Assembly: GCA_037131065.1 (NCBI GenBank)
Contig: JBAXRT010000003.1
Coordinates: forward strand, 1-52,927
DNA: 52,927 nucleotides
Origin: a bacterium
GTDB taxonomy: Bacteria > Bacteroidota > Bacteroidia > Bacteroidales > FEN-979
Direction: 5' to 3'
The notes under the pieces were generated by a model. It searched no databases, had not been told where the DNA came from, and saw nothing but the letters and a program-made list of their open reading frames with translations. Below, in pieces: positions 18,782 through 27,689 of this stretch. Made by a program: the position numbers and the translations under genes. Positions within the stretch are counted from its first letter, which is position 1. Each line of letters opens with the position of its first letter.

Positions 18782-20683
18782 TTTTTGCCTTTTCTTGAAA
18801 TAATATCTCCAGTCAAAGGCCAGCCTGAGTCCTACATGCCAGATTAATTCAACATCCGGGAGTTCTGATTCAGGCGGGTAGATCAGGGTCCTTTTCCCGG
18901 GTATGTCGAAGCCGGCATTGAGCTGAAGCACCAGGTGGGCACTCTGTCCGGCGGTATAGGTGGTGAAGGGGCGGTATTCCAGGATCGGAAAATCGAACTG
19001 GGTCGAATACATCGTTATCAGGACCTGTTCGTCAGGATCTCCTTTGGTATCGGGAAGCAGGTAAGAATCGGCTCCACGGCCTGTGCCGTATAAGCAGATC
19101 CCGATCTCCCTGCCAAGGATGAACTGAAATCTCCCGATAGGGGTGACCATCCCATACTGCCAGGGGAGCAGGCCTCCATTTCCGGCAGCCACCACCATCT
19201 TATTGAATGCCTTTGGCGAAAAAAGGTAAACAAAAGGTCCGGCAAAGAGAAGGTCTCCCGGGATCAGACAGAAAGGAAGACGCAGCCTGAAATAAAACGC
19301 ATCGCGACTGGGCACCGCGGAGAAGATTGCCCCGAATTGTTTCAGAGCCGGTTCGTTTTGTATTTTAATGGTGGAGGCACCGTCCTGTCGCCAGCCGATG
19401 TCGATAAAAGCAAGTCCGTCACCGGATTCATTCAAGACCCCCTCCAACCCAAGCCCGATCCGGAGACCCAATTCCAGTCCGGGAATAAAACCGGCGGTGT
19501 TTTGAGATGTGCTGAACCCCCCGCTCAGAAAATCAAACCTTGCAGCTGGAGATACGCCAATGAACGGGCCGATCTCTGAACGGAATCTGGGAAGTTCCCC
19601 TAGTCCGTTGGCAAGGCCCGGTACAGGTGTAGTGATCAGGACGGGAACAAACAGCATACAGATCACCGAATCCACTTTTCGGTTAGGCATCTTGGTCGCT
19701 TTTGCCACATTAAAAGTATCGGCCGTCAGCAAACCGGCCTGGTCATTGAAAAGAGGAACAGAAGGTGAATGAATGGCGGCATCCAGGAGCTCACGCAGGC
19801 TGAGGTAGATCGTTGCGGATGCCCGTTCGGCATCTGTCGGTCTCATGTAGGCGTCTCCCATCAGGACAAGTCTTTCACCGTTCCAGGTTGTTACTTCCAG
19901 GCCCTTTTCATCATAATAGTCATGGGTCCCTTTTCGCTGGGAAGCATCTCCCCAAACCCCCGCCACATGGCCGGAGGCAAAACAGTCTTCGAGGAAATGG
20001 ATGGAGAAGGCTTCGTCAGCCAAGGCAGCAAGGGCAATGGCAGACCGCTGTTCGGCGGTCAGCCCGGGATCATTAAGCGTCGTGATTTTTAACAAGGCGC
20101 TTGTGTGGTACCACATATAGGTTCCCACCGGGTTGGGTTCACAGCCCTGTTTGAAGCAAGTGTCAAAATACTCAATGGCTGAGGTGTTCACATCCGGACG
20201 TGCCAGCATAAAATGGCCGTTGTTTGCCCCGGCCCTGGAGACATATTCCGGATCGGCACGCAAAAGGCGAAGATCCGACTCGCGTAACCTGTTGACTCTT
20301 TCGCTCCGGTTTGTCGAATTTGTAATCCCGTCCTTCAGACGGGCAGCAATGTTTGCAACATCCATGATCCATTCCGTCTGGAGGATGTTGTAAAGCATGT
20401 TCTCGGCGGAGGTGGAGTGATCCCCGCCTATGGCAGTCCATGCTCCGTAATCGAGATATTTTGGATCCAGTCCCTGTGAAAAATCGGCCACCCTGGGATC
20501 GAGCCTTGATTCATTTCCTATGATGGCAAGGGCCCACAATCGGTCAAGGGTTGCCCTGTGGTAGGAATCCAGCCTCTGGATCGCAAGGTTCATAATGTCG
20601 CGGTGCTCCGGGTAAATCCATGCACCGGCTGTAACTGCGAGGAAAATGGCAAAGAAACCTGTGAGGAATATTTTTTTAATCAT
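18776..20683 (-). CDS. Secreted Zn-dependent phospholipase C/P1-nuclease-like protein with probable beta-rich C-terminal domain
   Basis: Signal peptide, then mature N-terminus W-IYPEH; GDH, NNGHF, HFLEDCFASGH, THD; C-terminus LRLAFDWRYYF. Confidence 0.6.
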   Translation of the reverse strand: MIKKIFLTGFFAIFLAVTAGAWIYPEHRDIMNLAIQRLDSYHRATLDRLWALAIIGNESRLDPRVADFSQGLDPKYLDYGAWTAIGGDHSTSAENMLYNILQTEWIMDVANIAARLKDGITNSTNRSERVNRLRESDLRLLRADPEYVSRAGANNGHFMLARPDVNTSAIEYFDTCFKQGCEPNPVGTYMWYHTSALLKITTLNDPGLTAEQRSAIALAALADEAFSIHFLEDCFASGHVAGVWGDASQRKGTHDYYDEKGLEVTTWNGERLVLMGDAYMRPTDAERASATIYLSLRELLDAAIHSPSVPLFNDQAGLLTADTFNVAKATKMPNRKVDSVICMLFVPVLITTPVPGLANGLGELPRFRSEIGPFIGVSPAARFDFLSGGFSTSQNTAGFIPGLELGLRIGLGLEGVLNESGDGLAFIDIGWRQDGASTIKIQNEPALKQFGAIFSAVPSRDAFYFRLRLPFCLIPGDLLFAGPFVYLFSPKAFNKMVVAAGNGGLLPWQYGMVTPIGRFQFILGREIGICLYGTGRGADSYLLPDTKGDPDEQVLITMYSTQFDFPILEYRPFTTYTAGQSAHLVLQLNAGFDIPGKRTLIYPPESELPDVELIWHVGLRLAFDWRYYFKKRQKS

Positions 20684-20763
20684 CAGCGGACCTGTTTATC
20701 ACGATAAAAATAATCCTTTTCCCTGATTAAAAGGGATGAGTCCGGAGATTATCTTCAACCAGG

Positions 20764-21243
20764 CTAAATGGCCCCGATCACTACGACCCAGTTTTTGCCA
20801 TATTTCCTGGCACATTTAGGACAGGTGGTATACCACAGGTAGATCTTCCCGGTCTCAAAGCCTCTCTTACCGGCATCGCTTTTAAAATCAGCGGTCCATT
20901 TGCCGGTATCTTTGAAAGGACCTTCATAGCACTTTGAAAAATAGTTTCCCGACAGGGTAAGATTCTCCGCATCCGGCACCTCCTTGTTCACAGCCAGGTA
21001 CAGATCCATTTTCCAGCCCGAAAGGTGGTCCGACAGGCACAGCGAGTCGGTCACGACAGCTCCGGCCTTAGCTGCCTTTGAATTCAGCCGGCGCATTACC
21101 CTGCCGAAGTTGAGCGGCATGTAAAAAGCAGTGCATACACTGTCGCGGATGAATTTTTTGTTTTCCCACTCGAAAACCTTGTCGTCCCACGGTGCAGGCT
21201 CGAATTTCGGACAACATTCCTGGTCTTTTGTTTCATTGCTCAT
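20764..21243 (-). CDS. GyrI-like small-molecule-binding 'hydrolase' family protein
   Basis: ECCPKFEP..WD, YEGPFKD, WYTTCPKCARKYGKN. Confidence 0.75.
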   Translation of the reverse strand: MSNETKDQECCPKFEPAPWDDKVFEWENKKFIRDSVCTAFYMPLNFGRVMRRLNSKAAKAGAVVTDSLCLSDHLSGWKMDLYLAVNKEVPDAENLTLSGNYFSKCYEGPFKDTGKWTADFKSDAGKRGFETGKIYLWYTTCPKCARKYGKNWVVVIGAI

Positions 21244-21360
21244 GATCGGTTCTTTTAAATGATGATGGTTTTTATCACTGAGGGTGAGATCATTCTGAAG
21301 GGAATAACAAATTTAATCAAATTTATTCTGAAGGGAAAGATCAATTTTTTAAAATTATCG

Positions 21361-21394
21361 TATATTTGGACTCGAAAACGAAAAATGTCCAAAT
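21361..21394 (+). promoter_or_regulatory. -7 promoter overlapped by an inverted repeat (candidate TetR auto-operator)
   Basis: TATATTTG 21361-21368; ATTTGGAC(21364-71)-N15-GTCCAAAT(21387-94). Confidence 0.6.
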
Positions 21395-21995
21395 GGCTAA
21401 AAATGAAATCAACAAAGAGGATCTGATACGGGTTGAGATCCTTGCAGCTGCCAGGAGTCTGTTTCAGCGGTTCGGACTCGTCAAGACTACCATGGAGGAC
21501 ATCGCCAAATCGATGAACAAGGGGAAAAGCACTCTTTATTACTATTACAAGAACAAGGATGAGATCTTTGAAGCAGTGGTCTCGAACGAGATCCGCGACG
21601 TCTTCCGCGAAATACGGTTGGCCGTGGAAAATGCGAAGACAGCCGAAGAGAAGCTGCGCATCTATTTTTTAACTGCTATTCGGTCCATCCAGAAAAGGAT
21701 CCTTCTTTACCAGATCATGAAAGGTGAAATAGGGGAAAACCTGAAGACCATCGTGAACCTGAAATATAAGATGGACAACAGCGAGGTCCAGTTCATCCGG
21801 GAGATACTTGCCTTCGGGCTAGAGAAAAAAGAGTGGGTGGCTGAGATCGAACCCGACCTCGACCTGATCGCCTATTCAATTGTCTCTGCCCTTCGAGGCA
21901 TTACCCTCGACCTGGTTGTGGAAGAGAAATTTCCTCACTGGGATGAGAGGATCGTGGTCCTCAGCGAGGTCTTTCTCAGGGGATTGAAACGGTAA
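21393..21995 (+). CDS. TetR/AcrR family transcriptional regulator
   Basis: ILAAARSLF..G..KTTMEDIAK..KSTLYYYYKNKDEI. Confidence 0.92.
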   Translation: MAKNEINKEDLIRVEILAAARSLFQRFGLVKTTMEDIAKSMNKGKSTLYYYYKNKDEIFEAVVSNEIRDVFREIRLAVENAKTAEEKLRIYFLTAIRSIQKRILLYQIMKGEIGENLKTIVNLKYKMDNSEVQFIREILAFGLEKKEWVAEIEPDLDLIAYSIVSALRGITLDLVVEEKFPHWDERIVVLSEVFLRGLKR

Positions 21996-22079
21996 TTTTT
22001 TTAATCATAATTCGACTAAAATACGATAAACGTTTTATGGTTCTTTAAATCAAAAATAGATCATTTAATTGCCTCTGAT

Positions 22080-23129
22080 ATGATAAGAAATGCACTTTAC
22101 TTGACGCTGACACTCTTTGCGATCTCAGCGTTCACAGGTTGTACCGGCAGAAGTGGTTCAGCTATCGGCGACCAGCCGGTGAGGGTAAGGATTGCCGTTA
22201 TTACCCCTGTTGCCGAATCATCCAAATATTATATCGGAACCATTGAGGCCTCACTCTCTGTCCCGCTCAGTTTCATGACCACCGGGATGGTGGAACAGGT
22301 GCTCGTTGCCGAGGGTAGCAAGGTAAAAAAAGGTCAAAAGCTGGCCATCCTCAGTGACGATAATTACAGGCAGACCTACCAGATGGCAATGGCTAAGGAG
22401 AATCAGGCGGAAGATGCCTACCGCCGCCTCTCCGAACTATACCAGAAGGGGAGCCTTCCTGAGATCAGGTATGTCGAGGTTCAGACGGGACTCGAACAGG
22501 CAAAGGCCGCCACACAAGTAGCCAGGAAAAACCTCGCTGACTGCGAACTCTTCGCACCTGCCGACGGGATCATCGGAAAACGTTCACTGGAAGCCGGGGA
22601 GAATGCCGTTCCACTAAAAACGGTCATGACCCTGGTCGACATCCGCCGGGTGAATGTGAAGATCTCCGTCCCCGAAAAGGAGATCGGTCATACAACGATC
22701 GGGCAGGAGGCAACGATCCAGCTCCCCGCCCTCGATGATGAAATATTCCGCGGAAAGGTCTCTGAACGTGGCGTCGTGGCCAACCCCGTCTCCCATACCT
22801 ATGATGTGAGGATAATGGTCGAAAATCCTGCTGAAAAGCTCATGCCGGGTATGATCGGGCGCGTTTACCTCGGAAAATCCGACCCCACGGCCATGATCGT
22901 CATCCCGCTGAATACAGTACTTGAAGATGAAAAGAGTGGAAAATATGTCTACCTGGCCGACCAGGCCTCGGGCAAAGCGATTAAACGGCCCGTCACTACA
23001 GGACCGGTACGCGATTTCGGCGTTGTCATCACCCGGGGGCTGAGTGCCGGCGACCACCTGATCATTGAAGGGTACCAGCAATTGAATGAAAATGTGAATA
23101 TTAAAATAGTCGGCAGCAATGAAAACTAA
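22080..23129 (+). CDS. RND efflux periplasmic adaptor (MFP) lipoprotein
   Basis: Lipobox FTGC; LSFMTTGMVEQVLVAEG, LFAPADGII, LMPGM, GLSAGD. Confidence 0.92.
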   Translation: MIRNALYLTLTLFAISAFTGCTGRSGSAIGDQPVRVRIAVITPVAESSKYYIGTIEASLSVPLSFMTTGMVEQVLVAEGSKVKKGQKLAILSDDNYRQTYQMAMAKENQAEDAYRRLSELYQKGSLPEIRYVEVQTGLEQAKAATQVARKNLADCELFAPADGIIGKRSLEAGENAVPLKTVMTLVDIRRVNVKISVPEKEIGHTTIGQEATIQLPALDDEIFRGKVSERGVVANPVSHTYDVRIMVENPAEKLMPGMIGRVYLGKSDPTAMIVIPLNTVLEDEKSGKYVYLADQASGKAIKRPVTTGPVRDFGVVITRGLSAGDHLIIEGYQQLNENVNIKIVGSNEN

Positions 23130-26100
23130 ATACGGCATCGTGGAGGCTGCCATGCGTCACTGGCAGATTGTGCTACTCATCATCCTCCTGCTCATAACTT
23201 TCGGGATCTATGCCCTCTGGCAGATGCCGCGGCAGGAATTTCCTGTGGTCACCATCCGGCAGGGACTTGTCATCGGACTTTACCCCGGGGCAACCGCCTC
23301 CCAGGTGGAGGAACAACTTACCAGCAAGGTGGAAAAATACCTCTTTGGCTTCAAAGAGGTGAAAAAAAGGAAGACCTACTCCGTTTCGAAAGAGGGATTC
23401 ATGATCATCTTTGTTGAGCTGACCGACGATGTGAAGAATGCGGATGAATTCTGGTCGAAGCTTAACCACGGACTCTCCCTGCAGAGGACCCAACTCCCTT
23501 CGGGGGTCCTTGCGCTCTTTTCCGACAGCGACTTCGGCGATACATCAGCGCTGCTCATCTCCCTCGAGTCTGACCAGGCAAGCTACCGGGAACTCGAAGC
23601 CTGGCTCGACAAGCTTGAGGCGAAACTAAGAACACTGGAACCGGTCTCGAAGATCAGGCATTACGGGCTTCAGAAGGAACAGATCACCATCTACCTCGAA
23701 CCGGAAAAGCTCACCAGTCTAGGCATCAACTCAACAGCCCTGCTGGCCAACCTCTTTACCCAGGGGCTTACTACCTCAAGCGGGACCATCCGGAACCACA
23801 AGATGGAGATACCGGTCCACATCTCCGAGTCCTACCCCGGAGAGAATGAGATCGCCGAACAGATCATATACTCCGACCCTGCCGGGAACATTGTGAGGCT
23901 TAAGGATGTTGCCCGCATCGTGAGGGAGTATCCCGAACCCGGCAGCTACATCCGGAACAATGGTAAAAAATGCCTCCTGGTCTCCCTGGAGATGCAGGAA
24001 GGGAACAATATTGTACAGTTCGGGAATGAGGTGAACAATATCCTAACCGCTTTTCAGAAAGAATTGCCCCAGGGGTACGCCATCAGTCGCATCGCCGACC
24101 AGCCCGGGGTAGTCAGCGACTCTGTGACCACCTTCCTCAGGGAGCTGATCTTCGCCATCGCAGCAGTGATTCTTGTCACTATGCTCCTCCTTCCCTTCCG
24201 TGCCGCCTCGGTTGCGGCAACCTCCATTCCCGTCACGATCTTCATCTCGGTGGGATTCATGTACCTCGGCGGCATAGAACTGAATACTGTCACACTGGCA
24301 GCGCTGATCGTGGTGCTCGGGATGATCGTGGATAACTCGGTGGTGATCGTCGACAGCTACATGGAAAAGCTCGACCATGGCCTCTCCCGATGGGACTCCT
24401 CCATCGCCAGCGCAAAAGGTTTCTTCAAGGCGATATTTTCTGCGACCCTCGCCATCAGCATTACCTTCTTCCCCTTTCTCTTTACCCTAAAGGGGACCTT
24501 TCGCGATTTCGTGGAGTTCTTTCCCTGGACGGTCACCCTTACCCTCGGGATCTCCCTGCTGGTGGCCATGCTCGTAATTCCATTTCTCCAGTATTTCTTC
24601 ATCAGGAAAGGTTTTCTGCGGGAACCTTCGGAAAAAAAGCGAAGGAGAACTATGCTCGAACTCATCCAGAGAACCTACGAAATCCTGCTGGGGTGGGCAT
24701 TCCGCCATCCACCCCTGACCATCGGAATCGCCCTTCTCTCGATCATTGCGGGAATTGTTCTCTTCACTCAGATCCCACAGCGACTGATGCCCATTGCTGA
24801 GCGCGACCAGTTTGCCGTGGAGATCTACCTGCCTCAGGGAAGCGCCCTGGAACAGACCGCCCTTGTGTGCGACAGCCTTGAACAGATCCTGAAACGCGAT
24901 CCTCTGGTTCTCTCGGTCACCTCTTTCGTCGGGACCAGCTCACCCAGGTTCCATACGACCTATGCCCCCAACCTCCCGGCAAAGAATTACGGACAGTTCA
25001 TTGTCAATACGGCCTCGAACAAAGCCACCGAGGCGCTTCTCAATAAATATTCGGGGGAATATGCCCACTATTTTCCAAACGCCTATGTGAAATTCAAGCA
25101 ACTTGACTACCAGCCCGTAGCAGCCCCGGTCGAGGTCCGGCTCTCCGGTAATGACCTCGGCGCCCTGCAGAGATCGGCAGGAGACCTCTCAAACAGGCTC
25201 AGGGAGATTAAGGGGATCAGCCATGTACGTACCAATTTTGAAGAGATGCTCCCGGGGATCTTCGTCGACCTGGATGCCACCGAAGCCAACCGACTCGGCA
25301 TCAACCGCACAACCGTTGCCGCCAACCTTGCCATGCACCTCGACGGTCTACCGGTGACCACCCTGTGGGAGCGGGATCATCCCATTCCCGTGCTTGTTAA
25401 GACTGAAAAAAGCGATCCCGTCACTGTTGCAGGGATTGAGAACGATTACATCCATTCGGTCATACCTGGAATATCGGTACCGCTGCGGCAGATCGCCCAT
25501 GTGGAACCCGAATGGAACCAGGGACAGATCGTCCGCAGGAATGGCATCCGTACCATCACGGTGATGGCAGATGTGGCCATGGATGTTCGGGTAAATGACC
25601 TCTTCCCGGAAGTGAAAAAGATTACCGAAAAGATGGTAATTCCCGAAGGGGTCAGCATCTCCTTTGGGGGTGCCAGGGAATCCGATGCCGAAACCCTCCC
25701 TCAGATCATCACCGGTTTTATCATGAGCATTATCATCATCTTCATGATCCTCCTTTTCCATTTCCGGAAGATCAGTCTCGCCCTGCTGGTCCTGGGCTCC
25801 TCAAGCCTGACCCTGCTTGGCGCCACGATCGGAGGACTTATCCTGGGGGTTGATTTCGGCCTTACTTCGATCCTTGGTATCGTGAGCGTTATAGGGATCC
25901 TGGTCAGGAACGGGATCATCATGATGGATTATGCCGAGGAGTTGCGTTTCTCCCGCGGGCTGACCGTGAAAGAGGCTGCCATCGAGGCGGGAAAGCGCAG
26001 GATGCGCCCGATTTTCCTTACCTCTGCAGCCGCATCCGTCGGGGTAATCCCCATGATCATTAGCCGGAGCGCCCTCTGGACGCCGATGGGTACAGTCATC

Positions 26101-27570
26101 TGCTTTGGTACCATCCTTTCGATGGTGCTGCTCGTCTTCATCCTGCCCGTGGCCTACTGGCTGATCTTCCGCGGGACCGACAAAAAAGCAGGCAAAGAGC
26201 CTGTACGGGATGATGTAAAACCAGCTGCAGTTGCGATCCTGGCAGGAATATTGCTCCTGCTGGCCACCCCGTCCCTGAAGGCGCAGAAGAGTTATTCACT
26301 TGCCGATTGCAAGAAGATTGCCATGGAGAACAATACGCAGGTGAAGAATGCCGGGCTTGAGGTAGAGGCTTCAAAACAGACCAAGATGATGGCCTTTACC
26401 CGTTTCTTCCCCAAGATCGAGGCGGCAGGCCTCGCATTCCAGGCAAAGGATCCGCTCTTTCAGTTTAACATCAAAGGTGGGAACCTGCCAGTTTACAAAG
26501 GCGACCTTGCCAGCCTGATCACCACCAACCAGTATGCTTACTTCCCCGATGTTACCATGTCGTACTTCGGCAAAGGGACCCTCGGCATGATCTCCGCCGT
26601 GCAGCCTCTCTTCGCAGGTGGCCGGATCATCACCGGAAATGCGCTGGCTACGCTGGGCATCAGCGTCAGCAACAGCCGCGAGATCCTTTCAAGGAACGAT
26701 GTTCTGCTCAAAACCGAACAGGACTACTGGCAGGTGATCATGCTGCATGAAAAGCTCAAAGCCCAGCTCCTCGGCGAAAAACTGCTCGATACCCTTTACA
26801 GGCAGGCCAGCGATGCCTGGCATTCAGGACTCATCAACCGCAACGATGTGATGAAGGTCATGCTCAAGCAGGGCGACCTCAAGGTGAGCAGGCTGCAGCT
26901 GGAGAATGGCATCAAGATGGCCACCATGGCCCTCTGTCAGACGATGGGCATGGATTTCGACACCACCCTCGTGCTCTCCGATAGCCTCACGATCCTCCTC
27001 CCCCCCTCTGCTGTGTGGGTCGACCCGGCAGGAGCCCTCCAGAACCGTGAAGAGTACCGCCTCCTGCAGAAAAGTGTCGAAGCCGAAGAGTTGCAGAGCC
27101 GAATGAAGCTCGGCGAGTACCTGCCGGAAGTAGGCGTGGGGATCGGATCCTACTATACCAACATGATGGGCGACCAGCTCGGGAATACCGTCGCTTTCGC
27201 CACGGCAAAGATCCCCATCTCGGGATGGTGGGAGGCCTCCCATAGTATCAAGGAGCGGAGAATCAGGGAGGAGATAGCGGAGAACTCAAGCAAAAACACC
27301 GCTTCACGACTGATACTCCAGATCCGCCAGTACTGGTTCGACCTCACAGAGGCTTACAAGCAGATCGAAGTGATCAGTGAATCGCTCGGCCAGGCCGGGG
27401 AGAACCTCCGGATCAACAGCGACAACTTCAACGCCGGCACGGTAAACATCTCCGACATGCTCGAAGCACAGGTCCTGATGCAGCAAACCAGGAACCGCTT
27501 TGCCGAAGTGCTGTCGGACTACCACATTGCACTAACAAAGTATAAACAGGCGACCGGACGGTATGAATAA
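23119..27570 (+). CDS. RND efflux permease (AcrB/MdtB-like) fused to a TolC-family outer-membrane factor
   Basis: YPGATA..VE, GMIVDNSVV, LVRNGII, RMRPIFLTS; after about aa 1055 an OEP domain (YSLADC..AMENN, QPLFAGG, YLPEVG, DMLEAQ). Confidence 0.9.
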   Translation: MKTKYGIVEAAMRHWQIVLLIILLLITFGIYALWQMPRQEFPVVTIRQGLVIGLYPGATASQVEEQLTSKVEKYLFGFKEVKKRKTYSVSKEGFMIIFVELTDDVKNADEFWSKLNHGLSLQRTQLPSGVLALFSDSDFGDTSALLISLESDQASYRELEAWLDKLEAKLRTLEPVSKIRHYGLQKEQITIYLEPEKLTSLGINSTALLANLFTQGLTTSSGTIRNHKMEIPVHISESYPGENEIAEQIIYSDPAGNIVRLKDVARIVREYPEPGSYIRNNGKKCLLVSLEMQEGNNIVQFGNEVNNILTAFQKELPQGYAISRIADQPGVVSDSVTTFLRELIFAIAAVILVTMLLLPFRAASVAATSIPVTIFISVGFMYLGGIELNTVTLAALIVVLGMIVDNSVVIVDSYMEKLDHGLSRWDSSIASAKGFFKAIFSATLAISITFFPFLFTLKGTFRDFVEFFPWTVTLTLGISLLVAMLVIPFLQYFFIRKGFLREPSEKKRRRTMLELIQRTYEILLGWAFRHPPLTIGIALLSIIAGIVLFTQIPQRLMPIAERDQFAVEIYLPQGSALEQTALVCDSLEQILKRDPLVLSVTSFVGTSSPRFHTTYAPNLPAKNYGQFIVNTASNKATEALLNKYSGEYAHYFPNAYVKFKQLDYQPVAAPVEVRLSGNDLGALQRSAGDLSNRLREIKGISHVRTNFEEMLPGIFVDLDATEANRLGINRTTVAANLAMHLDGLPVTTLWERDHPIPVLVKTEKSDPVTVAGIENDYIHSVIPGISVPLRQIAHVEPEWNQGQIVRRNGIRTITVMADVAMDVRVNDLFPEVKKITEKMVIPEGVSISFGGARESDAETLPQIITGFIMSIIIIFMILLFHFRKISLALLVLGSSSLTLLGATIGGLILGVDFGLTSILGIVSVIGILVRNGIIMMDYAEELRFSRGLTVKEAAIEAGKRRMRPIFLTSAAASVGVIPMIISRSALWTPMGTVICFGTILSMVLLVFILPVAYWLIFRGTDKKAGKEPVRDDVKPAAVAILAGILLLLATPSLKAQKSYSLADCKKIAMENNTQVKNAGLEVEASKQTKMMAFTRFFPKIEAAGLAFQAKDPLFQFNIKGGNLPVYKGDLASLITTNQYAYFPDVTMSYFGKGTLGMISAVQPLFAGGRIITGNALATLGISVSNSREILSRNDVLLKTEQDYWQVIMLHEKLKAQLLGEKLLDTLYRQASDAWHSGLINRNDVMKVMLKQGDLKVSRLQLENGIKMATMALCQTMGMDFDTTLVLSDSLTILLPPSAVWVDPAGALQNREEYRLLQKSVEAEELQSRMKLGEYLPEVGVGIGSYYTNMMGDQLGNTVAFATAKIPISGWWEASHSIKERRIREEIAENSSKNTASRLILQIRQYWFDLTEAYKQIEVISESLGQAGENLRINSDNFNAGTVNISDMLEAQVLMQQTRNRFAEVLSDYHIALTKYKQATGRYE

Positions 27571-27614
27571 CGTGTGATGATGTAACTTTTTGATTGAATG
27601 GGAGTCTAATTGGT

Positions 27615-27622
27615 TAAATTTG
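27615..27622 (+). promoter_or_regulatory. Bacteroidetes -7 promoter element
   Basis: TAAATTTG upstream of 27690. Confidence 0.45.
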
Positions 27623-27689
27623 AGTTAAAAGACAATTCCTTTAACTCGTTTGACGTTTACCAGGAAAATTTCCACGCTATCGAAGGAGC

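Noticed and set aside
21366-21392. Longer ORF-track starts (21366, 12381, 16625, 34577, 39340)
   Set aside because: They overlap promoter elements or upstream genes; downstream ATGs give better N-termini
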